Part shown: positions 9,491-19,300 of the stretch, piece by piece
Numbering within the stretch: the first letter of the stretch is position 1
How the letters are laid out: the number at the start of each line of letters is the position of its first letter
IMG/VR virus record: IMGVR_UViG_3300043777_000056
Span: 7,798 to 71,797 of that record
Origin: a virus
Strand: one strand, 5' to 3'
Length of the DNA stretch: 64,000 nucleotides
The notes under the pieces: model-generated
Databases searched by the model: none
Told to the model about the DNA's origin: nothing
Seen by the model: only the letters and a program-made list of their open reading frames with translations
Translations under genes and position numbers: made by a program

Positions 9491-10120
9491 ATGCCAAAGA
9501 TCGTCATCCGTCAAGCCAATGTACTTGACTACGTCAAGATACTACGACTGATCGTAGAAGCCAAAGACCCGCCGGGCATCCGCGCGGGCGCGCTTGACCC
9601 GACCAAGCTTCAGCAATTCCTGCTTACCATCACACAGCCTACCGCCAACTATGGCTACACAGCCGTAGCAGATCTGGGCGGCAACATCGTAGGTGTAATG
9701 GGATGCTCAGCATGGCTACCGCCATGGTCGCGGGCCCAGGTTCTCAATCTGGAGTTTTTCTACGTGCAACCGATGCACCGCAAGGGTGGTGTACCGCGAG
9801 CACTACTGGTCAACGTACAACGAGAAGCCCGCCGGGCCGGGGTCGAGCTGCGACTACAATTAAGCGCGCGCGACGTCGAGTCTATAGGCGAGCCCACACT
9901 GAAGACATCAGGATTTAGAGACGCAGGCCGCGTGTTCCTGATGGGAGGCAAAGATGCTGGACTTCCTGATACTGGCAGCACCCCGAAGCGGGACAACGTG
10001 GATGTCGAACTTTCTGACGACGAACCAGAGTTTTTGCCTCCACGACCCGACAGAGACGATGTCCCCGAAGGAGATGGACCTCCTGAAGTCGTGCCACCAG
10101 AAGAGGCTACTCGGGATTAG
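9491..10120 (+). CDS. GNAT-family acetyltransferase
   Basis: IRQA..D, IVGVMG, FYVQPMHRKGGVPRALL acetyl-CoA motif, GF; AGGAG RBS. Confidence 0.85.
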   Translation: MPKIVIRQANVLDYVKILRLIVEAKDPPGIRAGALDPTKLQQFLLTITQPTANYGYTAVADLGGNIVGVMGCSAWLPPWSRAQVLNLEFFYVQPMHRKGGVPRALLVNVQREARRAGVELRLQLSARDVESIGEPTLKTSGFRDAGRVFLMGGKDAGLPDTGSTPKRDNVDVELSDDEPEFLPPRPDRDDVPEGDGPPEVVPPEEATRD

Positions 10121-10499
10121 CGATACCGCTGCGGCGTATTCGTTCCCAGACTGGGCGCGCGAGCATCCTGGGCGAAAGGTAGTCATCCACCGCAGCTTCC
10201 GTCATATAAACGAATCTCTGGCGGCGATTGGATTCGAGCCTATAAATAAGGGGTTATGGGATGAGTCATTGTGGGCCATTAGAGGCGACAACGTCATTCA
10301 CGTCAGCTATCACGACATCTTCCTTCCCGGTCGCAAAACTGTATGCCAGATATGGGAACATATATTTGGATGTTTAAACGACTTTGATCGCGACCGCTTT
10401 GACCTTCTACGAAAGATGCACATTCAACCTGAATTCTCACTGGTACAGTGGTCTCCAGAGGTTGGCCGACGTCTCACGAAACAGGTGCGCGGCGAATGA
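9954..10499 (+). CDS. Sulfotransferase-family protein
   Basis: FLILAAPRSGTTW 5'-PSB loop, LHDP, VVIHRS...SL; GGAGG RBS. Confidence 0.75.
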   Translation: MLDFLILAAPRSGTTWMSNFLTTNQSFCLHDPTETMSPKEMDLLKSCHQKRLLGISDTAAAYSFPDWAREHPGRKVVIHRSFRHINESLAAIGFEPINKGLWDESLWAIRGDNVIHVSYHDIFLPGRKTVCQIWEHIFGCLNDFDRDRFDLLRKMHIQPEFSLVQWSPEVGRRLTKQVRGE

Positions 10500-11119
10500 T
10501 TCACATCTACCGTCCGGGAAAGCCGCAACGAATGAAGCCTCTTGTAAGCGGGTTGGATGTTTTCTCTGTGACCGAGCAGATAGACTCATGCGAAGACTTA
10601 TGGAATGAGATCGGTTTCCGTAACCTAATGCCCGGTAGTCCGCACCGCGATGCCGATGATATCTGGTTCCGCGCCCGACATATTGAGGACTTCAACCCGG
10701 ATGCTCCGCTTACAGAATTCCTTAGTGAGCATGTTCCGGTTTGGTATCCATCAGTGAAACGTTGTCCTGACGTGATCGCGTGGGCTAACTTCTTTCGTCA
10801 TGAGTATTTCAACGGTGGTGAAGTAGGAACGGTCCTGGCTACTCGCATACCCGCCGGCAAAGAAGTGTTCTGGCATATCGATGGTGGCTGGAACCAGAAG
10901 TACTACGATACCAAAGTGGCACTTATGCTGAAAAGCAATAAGGATCAAGCGTATATGTTCGAGAGGGAGGCCATGGTTGCCGAACCCGGCGAAGCCTTCT
11001 GCTTCTGGAACGAATACCCGCATCGCGTCGTGAACGCGAGCGACGATGATAGACTCAGCCTGATTTTCTCAATAAGAACAAGAGCAGAACAATGCCGGTC
11101 GGAGTTGCGGGTGGATTAG
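10496..11119 (+). CDS. 2OG-Fe(II) dioxygenase, aspartyl/asparaginyl beta-hydroxylase-like
   Basis: HxD (WHIDG), distal H (PHRVVN) and R (DDRLSLI); ATGA coupling to the upstream gene. Confidence 0.8.
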   Translation: MIHIYRPGKPQRMKPLVSGLDVFSVTEQIDSCEDLWNEIGFRNLMPGSPHRDADDIWFRARHIEDFNPDAPLTEFLSEHVPVWYPSVKRCPDVIAWANFFRHEYFNGGEVGTVLATRIPAGKEVFWHIDGGWNQKYYDTKVALMLKSNKDQAYMFEREAMVAEPGEAFCFWNEYPHRVVNASDDDRLSLIFSIRTRAEQCRSELRVD

Positions 11120-12084
11120 CGATTGCTGGGGCTGCTGCTGGCGCCTACGGTTCATACGCTTCTAACAAAGCCAATAAGGCGGCTGCAGCCGCCAACAACC
11201 TGCCATACCAGGAACTCATAGGGCAGGCGCAGGGAGTTGCTGAACAGCCCTTCCAGGCTTACAACGGCCCTCTTACTTCAGGCCCTACGGCCAACGAGAA
11301 CAACGCTGCAAGTCTCGCTGGCGTTCGCGCATCCCAGGCTACGCAAGCATTCAATCAGGCCGCAACACCATTCAACGAGGGCGCGCTCGACCAGTACGAA
11401 AGTCCGTTCACGAACGAAGTCGTCAATCAGGGATTGAAGGATCTCAACGAGAACTTTAACACCCAGAACGAAGCCGCGATCCGCAAGCAGAACATGACCG
11501 ATGCTTTCGGGTATGGACGAACCGCTGCCAACCTGCAGCCGGCGTTCAATGCGTATCAGCGCGAGGCTGGGGACTTCATAGCCAATCAGCGCGACGCGGC
11601 GTACAAGTCCGCCCTAAGTGAATTCAATCAGCAAGGGGCCTTCCAGAAGGGTCTCGGTGAGGCCGAGGGTAACGCTGCAGACAATGGCGTAGGTGCTCTC
11701 GAAAGCACCGGCAAAGACATTCGAGAGGCCAACACCGCTCAGGATCAGGCTCAGTATGGTGAATTCCTGCGTGGTCAGAACTGGTCTAGACAGCAGATTC
11801 AGCCATACATTCAAGCTGTTACAGGCGCAGCGCCGCACATACAGCAGCCCACACAGAGCAACGTTCTAACATCTGCCATCGGCGGTGCATTAGCCGGATA
11901 TGGTTTAGGAAGCGGCTTTAGTGGGGGTAACAATATTGGATCCGAGGCCAGCGCGCTCACCAACAATGTGACAGATCCGGCGCTTGAGAATTACACAACC
12001 GGCGCTCTCTCCGGTGCCGAAAAAAACCTCGAAGACGCAGGCGCTGGAGCACTTCAGGACGTCGCAGGAACAGGACCACAATAA
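11092..12084 (+). CDS. Internal virion / DNA ejection protein (small)
   Basis: Gly/Ala hydrophobic N-terminus, YESPFTNEVV motif, Gln/Ala-rich helices; first of three ejection-type genes. Confidence 0.65.
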   Translation: MPVGVAGGLAIAGAAAGAYGSYASNKANKAAAAANNLPYQELIGQAQGVAEQPFQAYNGPLTSGPTANENNAASLAGVRASQATQAFNQAATPFNEGALDQYESPFTNEVVNQGLKDLNENFNTQNEAAIRKQNMTDAFGYGRTAANLQPAFNAYQREAGDFIANQRDAAYKSALSEFNQQGAFQKGLGEAEGNAADNGVGALESTGKDIREANTAQDQAQYGEFLRGQNWSRQQIQPYIQAVTGAAPHIQQPTQSNVLTSAIGGALAGYGLGSGFSGGNNIGSEASALTNNVTDPALENYTTGALSGAEKNLEDAGAGALQDVAGTGPQ

Positions 12085-13346
12085 TGGCTGGCATGACAGA
12101 CAGTATGCAAGCTGATGACGCCTTATCCGGCGACCTAATGCAGCAGCCATCATTCGCCGCTAAGGGGGCGTTTGGAGGTAGCCTGATTGCTCCTCAGCAT
12201 CCGGGAGCAGACGATAGCTCTTACTCAGGTCAATATGGGTCTCTGCTTCGGGCGTATGACCAGAAACTTGCCAGCGAAAAAGACGCGGCACTGGCCGCTG
12301 ATCAAGCAGCTCAGCAAAAGCAGCAAGCTGCCCAAACTGCCGCACAAAGACACTCGTTGGTGATGACCGAACAACAGCGAAGAATTCAGTCCGCCAATGC
12401 GGCAGGCCAAGGAGCATTGTCGTCATCTGATACCTCGCGCCCACAAGGGGCATTACCCGGCAATCAACCGCCGATGTCATTGCAGCAGTACCTGGATAGT
12501 CACGATGACGACACCTTCAATCAAGCGATGAAGGAAGTCGAGTCGCGCCATGGCCAGCATCCGGCAGACATCTACGACAAGATGATAGCAGACAAATTCA
12601 TCTCGCCGGCAGACAAAGAATTGACGTCGCGGCAAAAGGCCGAGGCATTCACGCACATTGGCCTAGAGCTGCTGAAGCACTCTACTCACAAGGCTGGGCA
12701 GGAAGACTTGCCCGGCGCATTTGGCGCTGCCGCCGAAGCCGGCGAGCAGTCTATTGAGAAGTCCCGCCAGCAGGTCGCGGAACAAGCTCATCAAGAATAC
12801 CTGCGAGAACAGGGCCTGACTCTGGACAAGGCCAAGGATGCAGCTGCCAACGAGAAGGATGAGCGCTCAGAGATTCGCCAGCAGGCGAATGATCGCTCGC
12901 GCAATGCCGAAGACTGGCGCAAGATCCAGTTCCAGCAAGGTCAAGAGAACGCGCGCGAACAGCAGCGCATAGCGGCCGAAGATCGCAAGACCAAGTCCGA
13001 GAAAGAGGGCAAGGCCGGCGAGAAAAATGCCCAGACTATGATCGATTCCAATGGTTACCAGCTTGAACGCGATGCAAAGACGAACCGTTGGAAACCATCC
13101 CTCGATGCCGATGGCAACAAGATCAAGCCGGAGAAAGCTCAGGAATTCGACACGAAGCAGTCAGATCAATGGCAAAAGGCTCGCACGAGCTATATTGAGA
13201 ACGCCAAGAAGGACTACACAAAGTGGCATGATCCAAAGACCGGTGCCGCTCTGAGCGACGACGATATAGGCGCCCAGTGGGAGAAGGACAACCCGAAACC
13301 GGGGCAGCGCGGCGGCAAGACGGTAGACTTCTCAACCTGGAAGTAG
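12084..13346 (+). CDS. Internal virion / DNA ejection protein (middle)
   Basis: Helical, Q/A/E/K-rich; located between the small and giant ejection proteins. Confidence 0.6.
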   Translation: MAGMTDSMQADDALSGDLMQQPSFAAKGAFGGSLIAPQHPGADDSSYSGQYGSLLRAYDQKLASEKDAALAADQAAQQKQQAAQTAAQRHSLVMTEQQRRIQSANAAGQGALSSSDTSRPQGALPGNQPPMSLQQYLDSHDDDTFNQAMKEVESRHGQHPADIYDKMIADKFISPADKELTSRQKAEAFTHIGLELLKHSTHKAGQEDLPGAFGAAAEAGEQSIEKSRQQVAEQAHQEYLREQGLTLDKAKDAAANEKDERSEIRQQANDRSRNAEDWRKIQFQQGQENAREQQRIAAEDRKTKSEKEGKAGEKNAQTMIDSNGYQLERDAKTNRWKPSLDADGNKIKPEKAQEFDTKQSDQWQKARTSYIENAKKDYTKWHDPKTGAALSDDDIGAQWEKDNPKPGQRGGKTVDFSTWK

Positions 13347-13361
13347 TTTGGAAGTGGTCTG

Positions 13362-16300
13362 ATGGACGTCAACCTGCCTGACGGCACCACCGTTAAGGGT
13401 GTGCCTGATGACATGACTCGGGATCAGTTTGTGCAGAAGGCGAAAGCTAATGGCATGAACATCCCTGATGAATGGCTTGGCGCTTCACAGGTACACGCTC
13501 AACCCACGCAATCTCCGGCCGCTCCTCCGGCCCAAACGTCCAATGAACCAAGCATGGACGAAATCAACCGCCGACACCTTACCAGACAGGGCGATCAGTG
13601 GATAGATCCGACCGCGCCGCGCGATAGAACCAAGGATCCTAACAGCGAATTTGAGAACGTCGTAACCCGCGCCGGTAGCACTCTAGTTGGCATGGCGAAG
13701 GATCTGCCAAACGCTGCTGCCGCGTTGACCGATCCTGAGGCTTTGCTTCGCGGGTCCAATAAGCTCGCCGGCATAATGGGTATGGGAACAGATCCGTTTG
13801 GCGCAACTGCCCGCGCCATGAAGGCCAAGGGTATCGACTATGACCCGGTTCCGGAATGGGCCAAGCATGGCAAGGGTCTCAGCAATGCGATCATGAACAG
13901 CTCCCATGCCTATCAGGATTTCATGGGTGGAGTACAGGACAGGGTAGAGTCGGCGCTTACCCCTTCATTTCGCGATGCTGCCAATAAGCCAATGATGGAG
14001 GGCCTGAGAGACCCTGAATGGTATCTGAATGGTCTCGGAACGGCTGCAGCCTATGCGCTCCCGAGTATAGGTCCAATAGCAACGGCATCCAGACTTGGAT
14101 ATGCCACTCGCATGGCATCGCTCGCCGGGCGTACAGACATGGAGATGGCACAAAAGGTTGCCTCATCCATTGCCGCCGGCCAGAAAGCCGGGGCGGCTGT
14201 TGGTGGTGTGACCAATGCCGCAATCATGGGTGGTCAGACTGGGCAAGAAGTCCGTGACGCGCTGGGCAAGCTAGACGAAGCTACCCTGATGAACTACCCC
14301 GAGTACCGCAAGGCCCGCGAGCAAGGCAAAAGCGATGTCGAGGCTCGCCAGGAATTCATCTCCAATCGCGCTAATGAGGCCACCCTGCTGTCCGGACTCG
14401 CTGCCGAGCTTCCCACCCAGGCTCTAAACAAGTTCATCGCTCATGCCGCCGTAGGCCATGCCATAGCGCGTACGACTGCCGGCGCGGCCCTCAAGGGAAC
14501 CATCGAGGGCGGGGTAGCTGGTGCCCTGGGGATGACCGGAATGGGCACCGTGGAGCGCGCCGAAGAGGACAAGAACAAGGACTTCTATGGTGCGCTGAAG
14601 CAAGCGACCAAGGACGATTCCCTATCCGGAGCCCTATTCGGGGCTGTGATAGGTGGTGGTTTGGCCGGCGGAGCGCATGGTCGCATACCGACCACGCAGG
14701 CAGAAGATCTAGCCAGGGGGGCTGAAAAGGCCAAAACCGCATCCGATGTCCAGAAGGCAATGCAGTCTAAAGCCGACGCAGAGGCCGCTGAAGCGGCCGA
14801 GAAGCGCCAGAAGGCTGGGACAGCGTCTGACCAGGACAGCGGCGCAGCGGGCCGCGCAGAGGCCAAGGCAGAGCGTATAAGCGCCGAGCAGGCACAGGAG
14901 AACCACGAGACGCTAGTCCGTGCTCAGCAAGACTTCATAGCGGCCCATGAGCGAGTGAAAGCAATTGAGGCCCATGTTGCCGATCCTTCGGTGCCGGTCA
15001 ACTACAATGAGCTTGAACGTGCCCGTAACGAGCGGGCAAAGGCGTATGACGATTTCGCTGAGGCTGCCGATTCCGCTGGCATCCTGACAGCAAGGAAACA
15101 AAGCGGGCAGGTACAGAACAATGTCGGGCAAGCAAGCGAAAGATCTAACGAAGGAACCGTTCGACGGGCCGATCAGCGCGGAGACGGGAGCGGACGTGAG
15201 CGGAGTGTCGAACTCGAAGGGCCCAAGCTCGATGGGTCGAGCGCAGACGCGGCGTCATCCGGGAATGAGCGGGTCGGGCGGGAAGTCGAACCGCTGGCAG
15301 GGTCAGGTCGGGGCGCGACCGGAGTCGAACCCGGAGACGGACGGATATCTGGACGTCGGAATCAAGGATCGGAACATCCGCAGCCGCTAGAAGAGGTAGG
15401 CCCTCTTCCAGGCACTGAGGAACAGAAGCGCGGGCGCGTCCTCGACAATGTCGAGGAAACGAAGCTTGGCGGCCCCATGCCGCCACTTGAAGAAACCAAA
15501 AAGGCTCAAGAGACGCATGCCGGCGAGGCAAATGAGCCATCCGCCGCTTCTGAGCGTGACAAGGTCCAGAAGGCACTAGCCGAGCGTCAAGTCTCGAACA
15601 AGCAGTACGCCTCCAACTACGCCGATATCCCTGAAAGCAACCGGGCGCTAACCCCTGATCAGAAGCGGGTCGAAGACCGCATGAAGGCCATAGTGGCTGA
15701 CGTGCCGGCAGCGGAGCAGGCATACTCACAGGTCGCCGGCACCGAGGGCGGCCGGATCATCAATACCGATCTAGCGCGCAAACTCAGCCCTGATTACGAC
15801 AAGGACAATCAGTCTCGCGCGCTGCACTCAAATAGCGTTCAGGAACCATCTTCGTGGCTTGCTGACAAGCTGTATTTCCGTCGCCTAGCTGAACCACCCG
15901 GCGAGTCAAAGACGGTCCTAGCCACTGCTGGCGGTTCTGATTCGGGAAAGTCAATTTCACTGTCCAGTAAAGATGCCAAAAAGGCAGATATCGTTTACGA
16001 CGGTAACATGAACAATCTACCGAAGACCCGGCGCCGCATAAAGGCGGCCCTGGATAGCGGTCGAGATTTTCATATCCAATTCACCTTCCGCGATCCTATC
16101 GCGGCCTGGAAAGAAGGTGTGTTGCCGCGTGCAATGAAATTTGGGCGTACAGTGCCGGCGGAAGCGCATGCTGACACGCATAATGGCAGCTTCAAGACTG
16201 TGATGGCGCTTGCCAAGCAGTACGCAAATGATCCTCGCGTCAAGATCAGTGTAGTGGACGTTGACGACGCCAGCGTGAAGACGCTGCAGGATGTGGCCAA

Positions 16301-19300
16301 GAAACGGTACCACATAACACCGGATGAACTCCGAAAGATAGCGATTGAGGAATACAAGAATGGGCGAATCACAGATACGGTCCTCAGAGGGGTCGCCGGC
16401 CCAGGTGCTGAAAGACTGGCTCGTAGCGGAAAAGATAATGGACGAGTATCCGGAAAGCCAGTGGGAGAAGCAGGTAAAAGAGCAGGTTCCGCTGGCGAAG
16501 CAGGAAAGGGCAATGGAAGAGATTCGTCAGGAGAAGGCGGAGATCGAGCAAAGTCACAAGAAGAAGCTCGACTGGGAGAAGGTGTACCCGGACAGGTACA
16601 AGTAGAACCACTCAAGGGGATGCCGACATCAGTCGATGTCCCCGGCAAAGGCAAGATAGCCTTTGGACCAGAGACACGCGCACAGGCTGCTGCAGCTGAC
16701 TATGCTAAGCGCGCCGGCATCAAGTACGACCCTCCGCGCGACTACAAGAAAGTCAACGTCGATACCGCCAAGCAGATCGCTAAAGCATACGACGAGATGA
16801 AGAATGATCCGACTGATCCAAAGGTCAAGGCATCATACGATGCCCTTATCAAGGAGACACTGGATCAGTTCCAGTCAATCAAGGCCACCGGTCTCAAGAT
16901 TGAATTCATCGAACCTGGGCAGAAGGATCCATACGCTGCGAGCCCGCGTCTTGCGATTATGGATGCCCGCGATAACAATCATCTATGGGTGTATCCGACA
17001 GAGTCAGGCTTTGGCGGAAACGTAGTCAACATAGGTCTTAAAGTCGGAGAAAACGACAAAATCACTCGTGGCGAGGCTGAGGCTGCACTTCGTGCAAAAG
17101 GGGTGGACATAGTCTCCTCTAACGTTCACGAGTCTAACACTGAACCTACGCTGGTTGCGCGTCTCTCGCGACCACTCACTACCAGCGAGGCTCATGATGT
17201 CAGTACCAAGCTTAAACAGGAAAGTATCGCTCAACTTGTAGGCCAAAAGGGCGAGTTGCATGGCCCTAATGCCGAGCAATGGAGGCCATTCAATCCTGAC
17301 TACTTCCTGACCGAGAGCGGAGATGTGCTGTCCAAGGTTCAGCAGAATCCGATGCTTCGCGAGACGGATGAACTGATCGGGGGGCGCCGGCTGCTCGCAA
17401 ATGACGTTTTCCGGATCGTGCATGATTACTTCGGCCACATCAAGGAAGGAATTGGGTTCCGAGCCGATGGCGAAGAGAATGCGTGGCGACAACATGCTGC
17501 TATGTACTCCGATCTAGCGCGCGGCGCGATGACCACTGAAACGCGCGGACAGAACTCTTGGTTGAACTATGGTCCTCACGGCGAAAATAATCGCACCGCG
17601 AAGGCATCAGAGACCATCTATGCCGAACAGAAAGCCGGCCTCCTCCCTGACAGATTCACTGTAGATAGCCCAGAGCCTATCAAGACTGGGGAGAGCGTCG
17701 CTGAGGTATTGCCAGTGTTTCGCGTGGGGTCTGAAGGGACCGAGCGTGAACGCCAGCTCATCTGGGGTGGCAATCCAAAAGATATCCCCTACGCGAATGA
17801 AAAAGACCGTTCTGTCATTGCCGGTGGCGGTATCGATGCCAAAACCAGCGAGGCCATCAAGAGTCACATTCGACAAGAATTTGGGTTTGATGTCCAGATC
17901 GTTAACCATCCTGAAGATGTCCCTTACATTGATCGTTGGGCCGCAGAGAATCTACCAATATCTGCAGTATTCACCGACAACGTAGACGGTGGAACCGTCC
18001 ACTTAATCGCCGGCAACCTGGGCAGCTTCGAGCACGGAGTTACCGCAGCTACCCATGAACTAGTTGGTCACTACGGTACCCGCGCCGTTCTTGGCGGCCG
18101 AGGCAGTGACAACTATAACATCATGATGGATGCCATCACAAGGGCATTCCCTGGTCGCGTTCGCGAGATGGCCATCAAGAACGGCATCAGCATGTCTCAC
18201 CCTGACAAGTCTATACGAGAGATGCGCCGCCGAAGCGCCGCCGAAGAACTGGTTGCATACGCTGCCGAGAAGTCAATCGATGGCAAGCGCTTGCGTCCCG
18301 GCATGTTCCAGCAGATCGTCGATATGTTCCGGAGCTTTCTGCGCAACATCGGCGTTCTGAAGACCGCCAACGAATCAGATATCGCGAGTTTGATTGATCG
18401 CAGTGCCGATTACGTACGCCGGGGCGGTGCGGAAAGAATGCGGACCCGCGACCAGATCTCTCTTGATATAAGCGGCCAGCCGCGCGAATACGCCTTCCAG
18501 ACGAACGACAAGACCAGTTACCGCGTCAACCTTCCATCTGTAGAGCACTCATTCGATGAGACCGGGGAACACCGGCTATCGACTTCTGCCGGCGAGATGC
18601 TGGCGCAGGAGAGCGGGAAATACCTGAATGTGAAGCGCTCAGATGTCGAGAGCGCGGCACGCGGGCAAGGCCACGGCGTGGCGATGCTTGAGAAAGCGGC
18701 TAGCGTTGCCTTTGAGCGCGGACTTAAGCTTGGATCGGACATAAGCGTATCACCGTCTGCGGCTCGCCTTTACGATGCTCTTGAGAGACGTGGCTACGAG
18801 GTTACCCGCAATCCCGCAGACATCAGCGAGACTACCGGAAACTACGTGAGCCGCGATCATCGTGTACCGGTGTTCGAGGTAGCGCCACAGCAGAGCTACA
18901 AGGTAGGCAGGGAGAAGACGGCGCGCGATATCCTGGGCGAGGTAGCAAGTCATCTTACCAAGGAAGAAAAGGCCAAGCTCACGCGAGTATCGGCTGAAAA
19001 GGTACTTGATGTATTCAAAAACCTGCCAGATGCCAAGGAGTTTGCTTCCGCTGCGCTTGCTGGCAAAGCTAAGCGCGGCTGGTATCGAGAGAGCGCCAAA
19101 GCCATAGCCAACGTATTCGGTCCAGATGGACCGCGCTTTACCGCCTTACTATCAGCCATGAGTCCGCGGGTTAGCGTCGAGATGAACCTGCACAATGCCT
19201 TGCATACCTTCATCAACTGGGACAAGGCCGGACGTCCTCAGAAGCGCGGCGAGATCGTCAAGATAATGGGCGACTCAGTGTTGGGTGACCAGGGGAAGAA

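Noticed and set aside
16804-18360. Other +1-frame ORFs inside the giant gene (16804, 17746, 18130)
   Set aside because: They have Ser/Arg/Pro-rich shadow composition, overlap conserved main-frame domains, and show no codon-signal switch or RBS.
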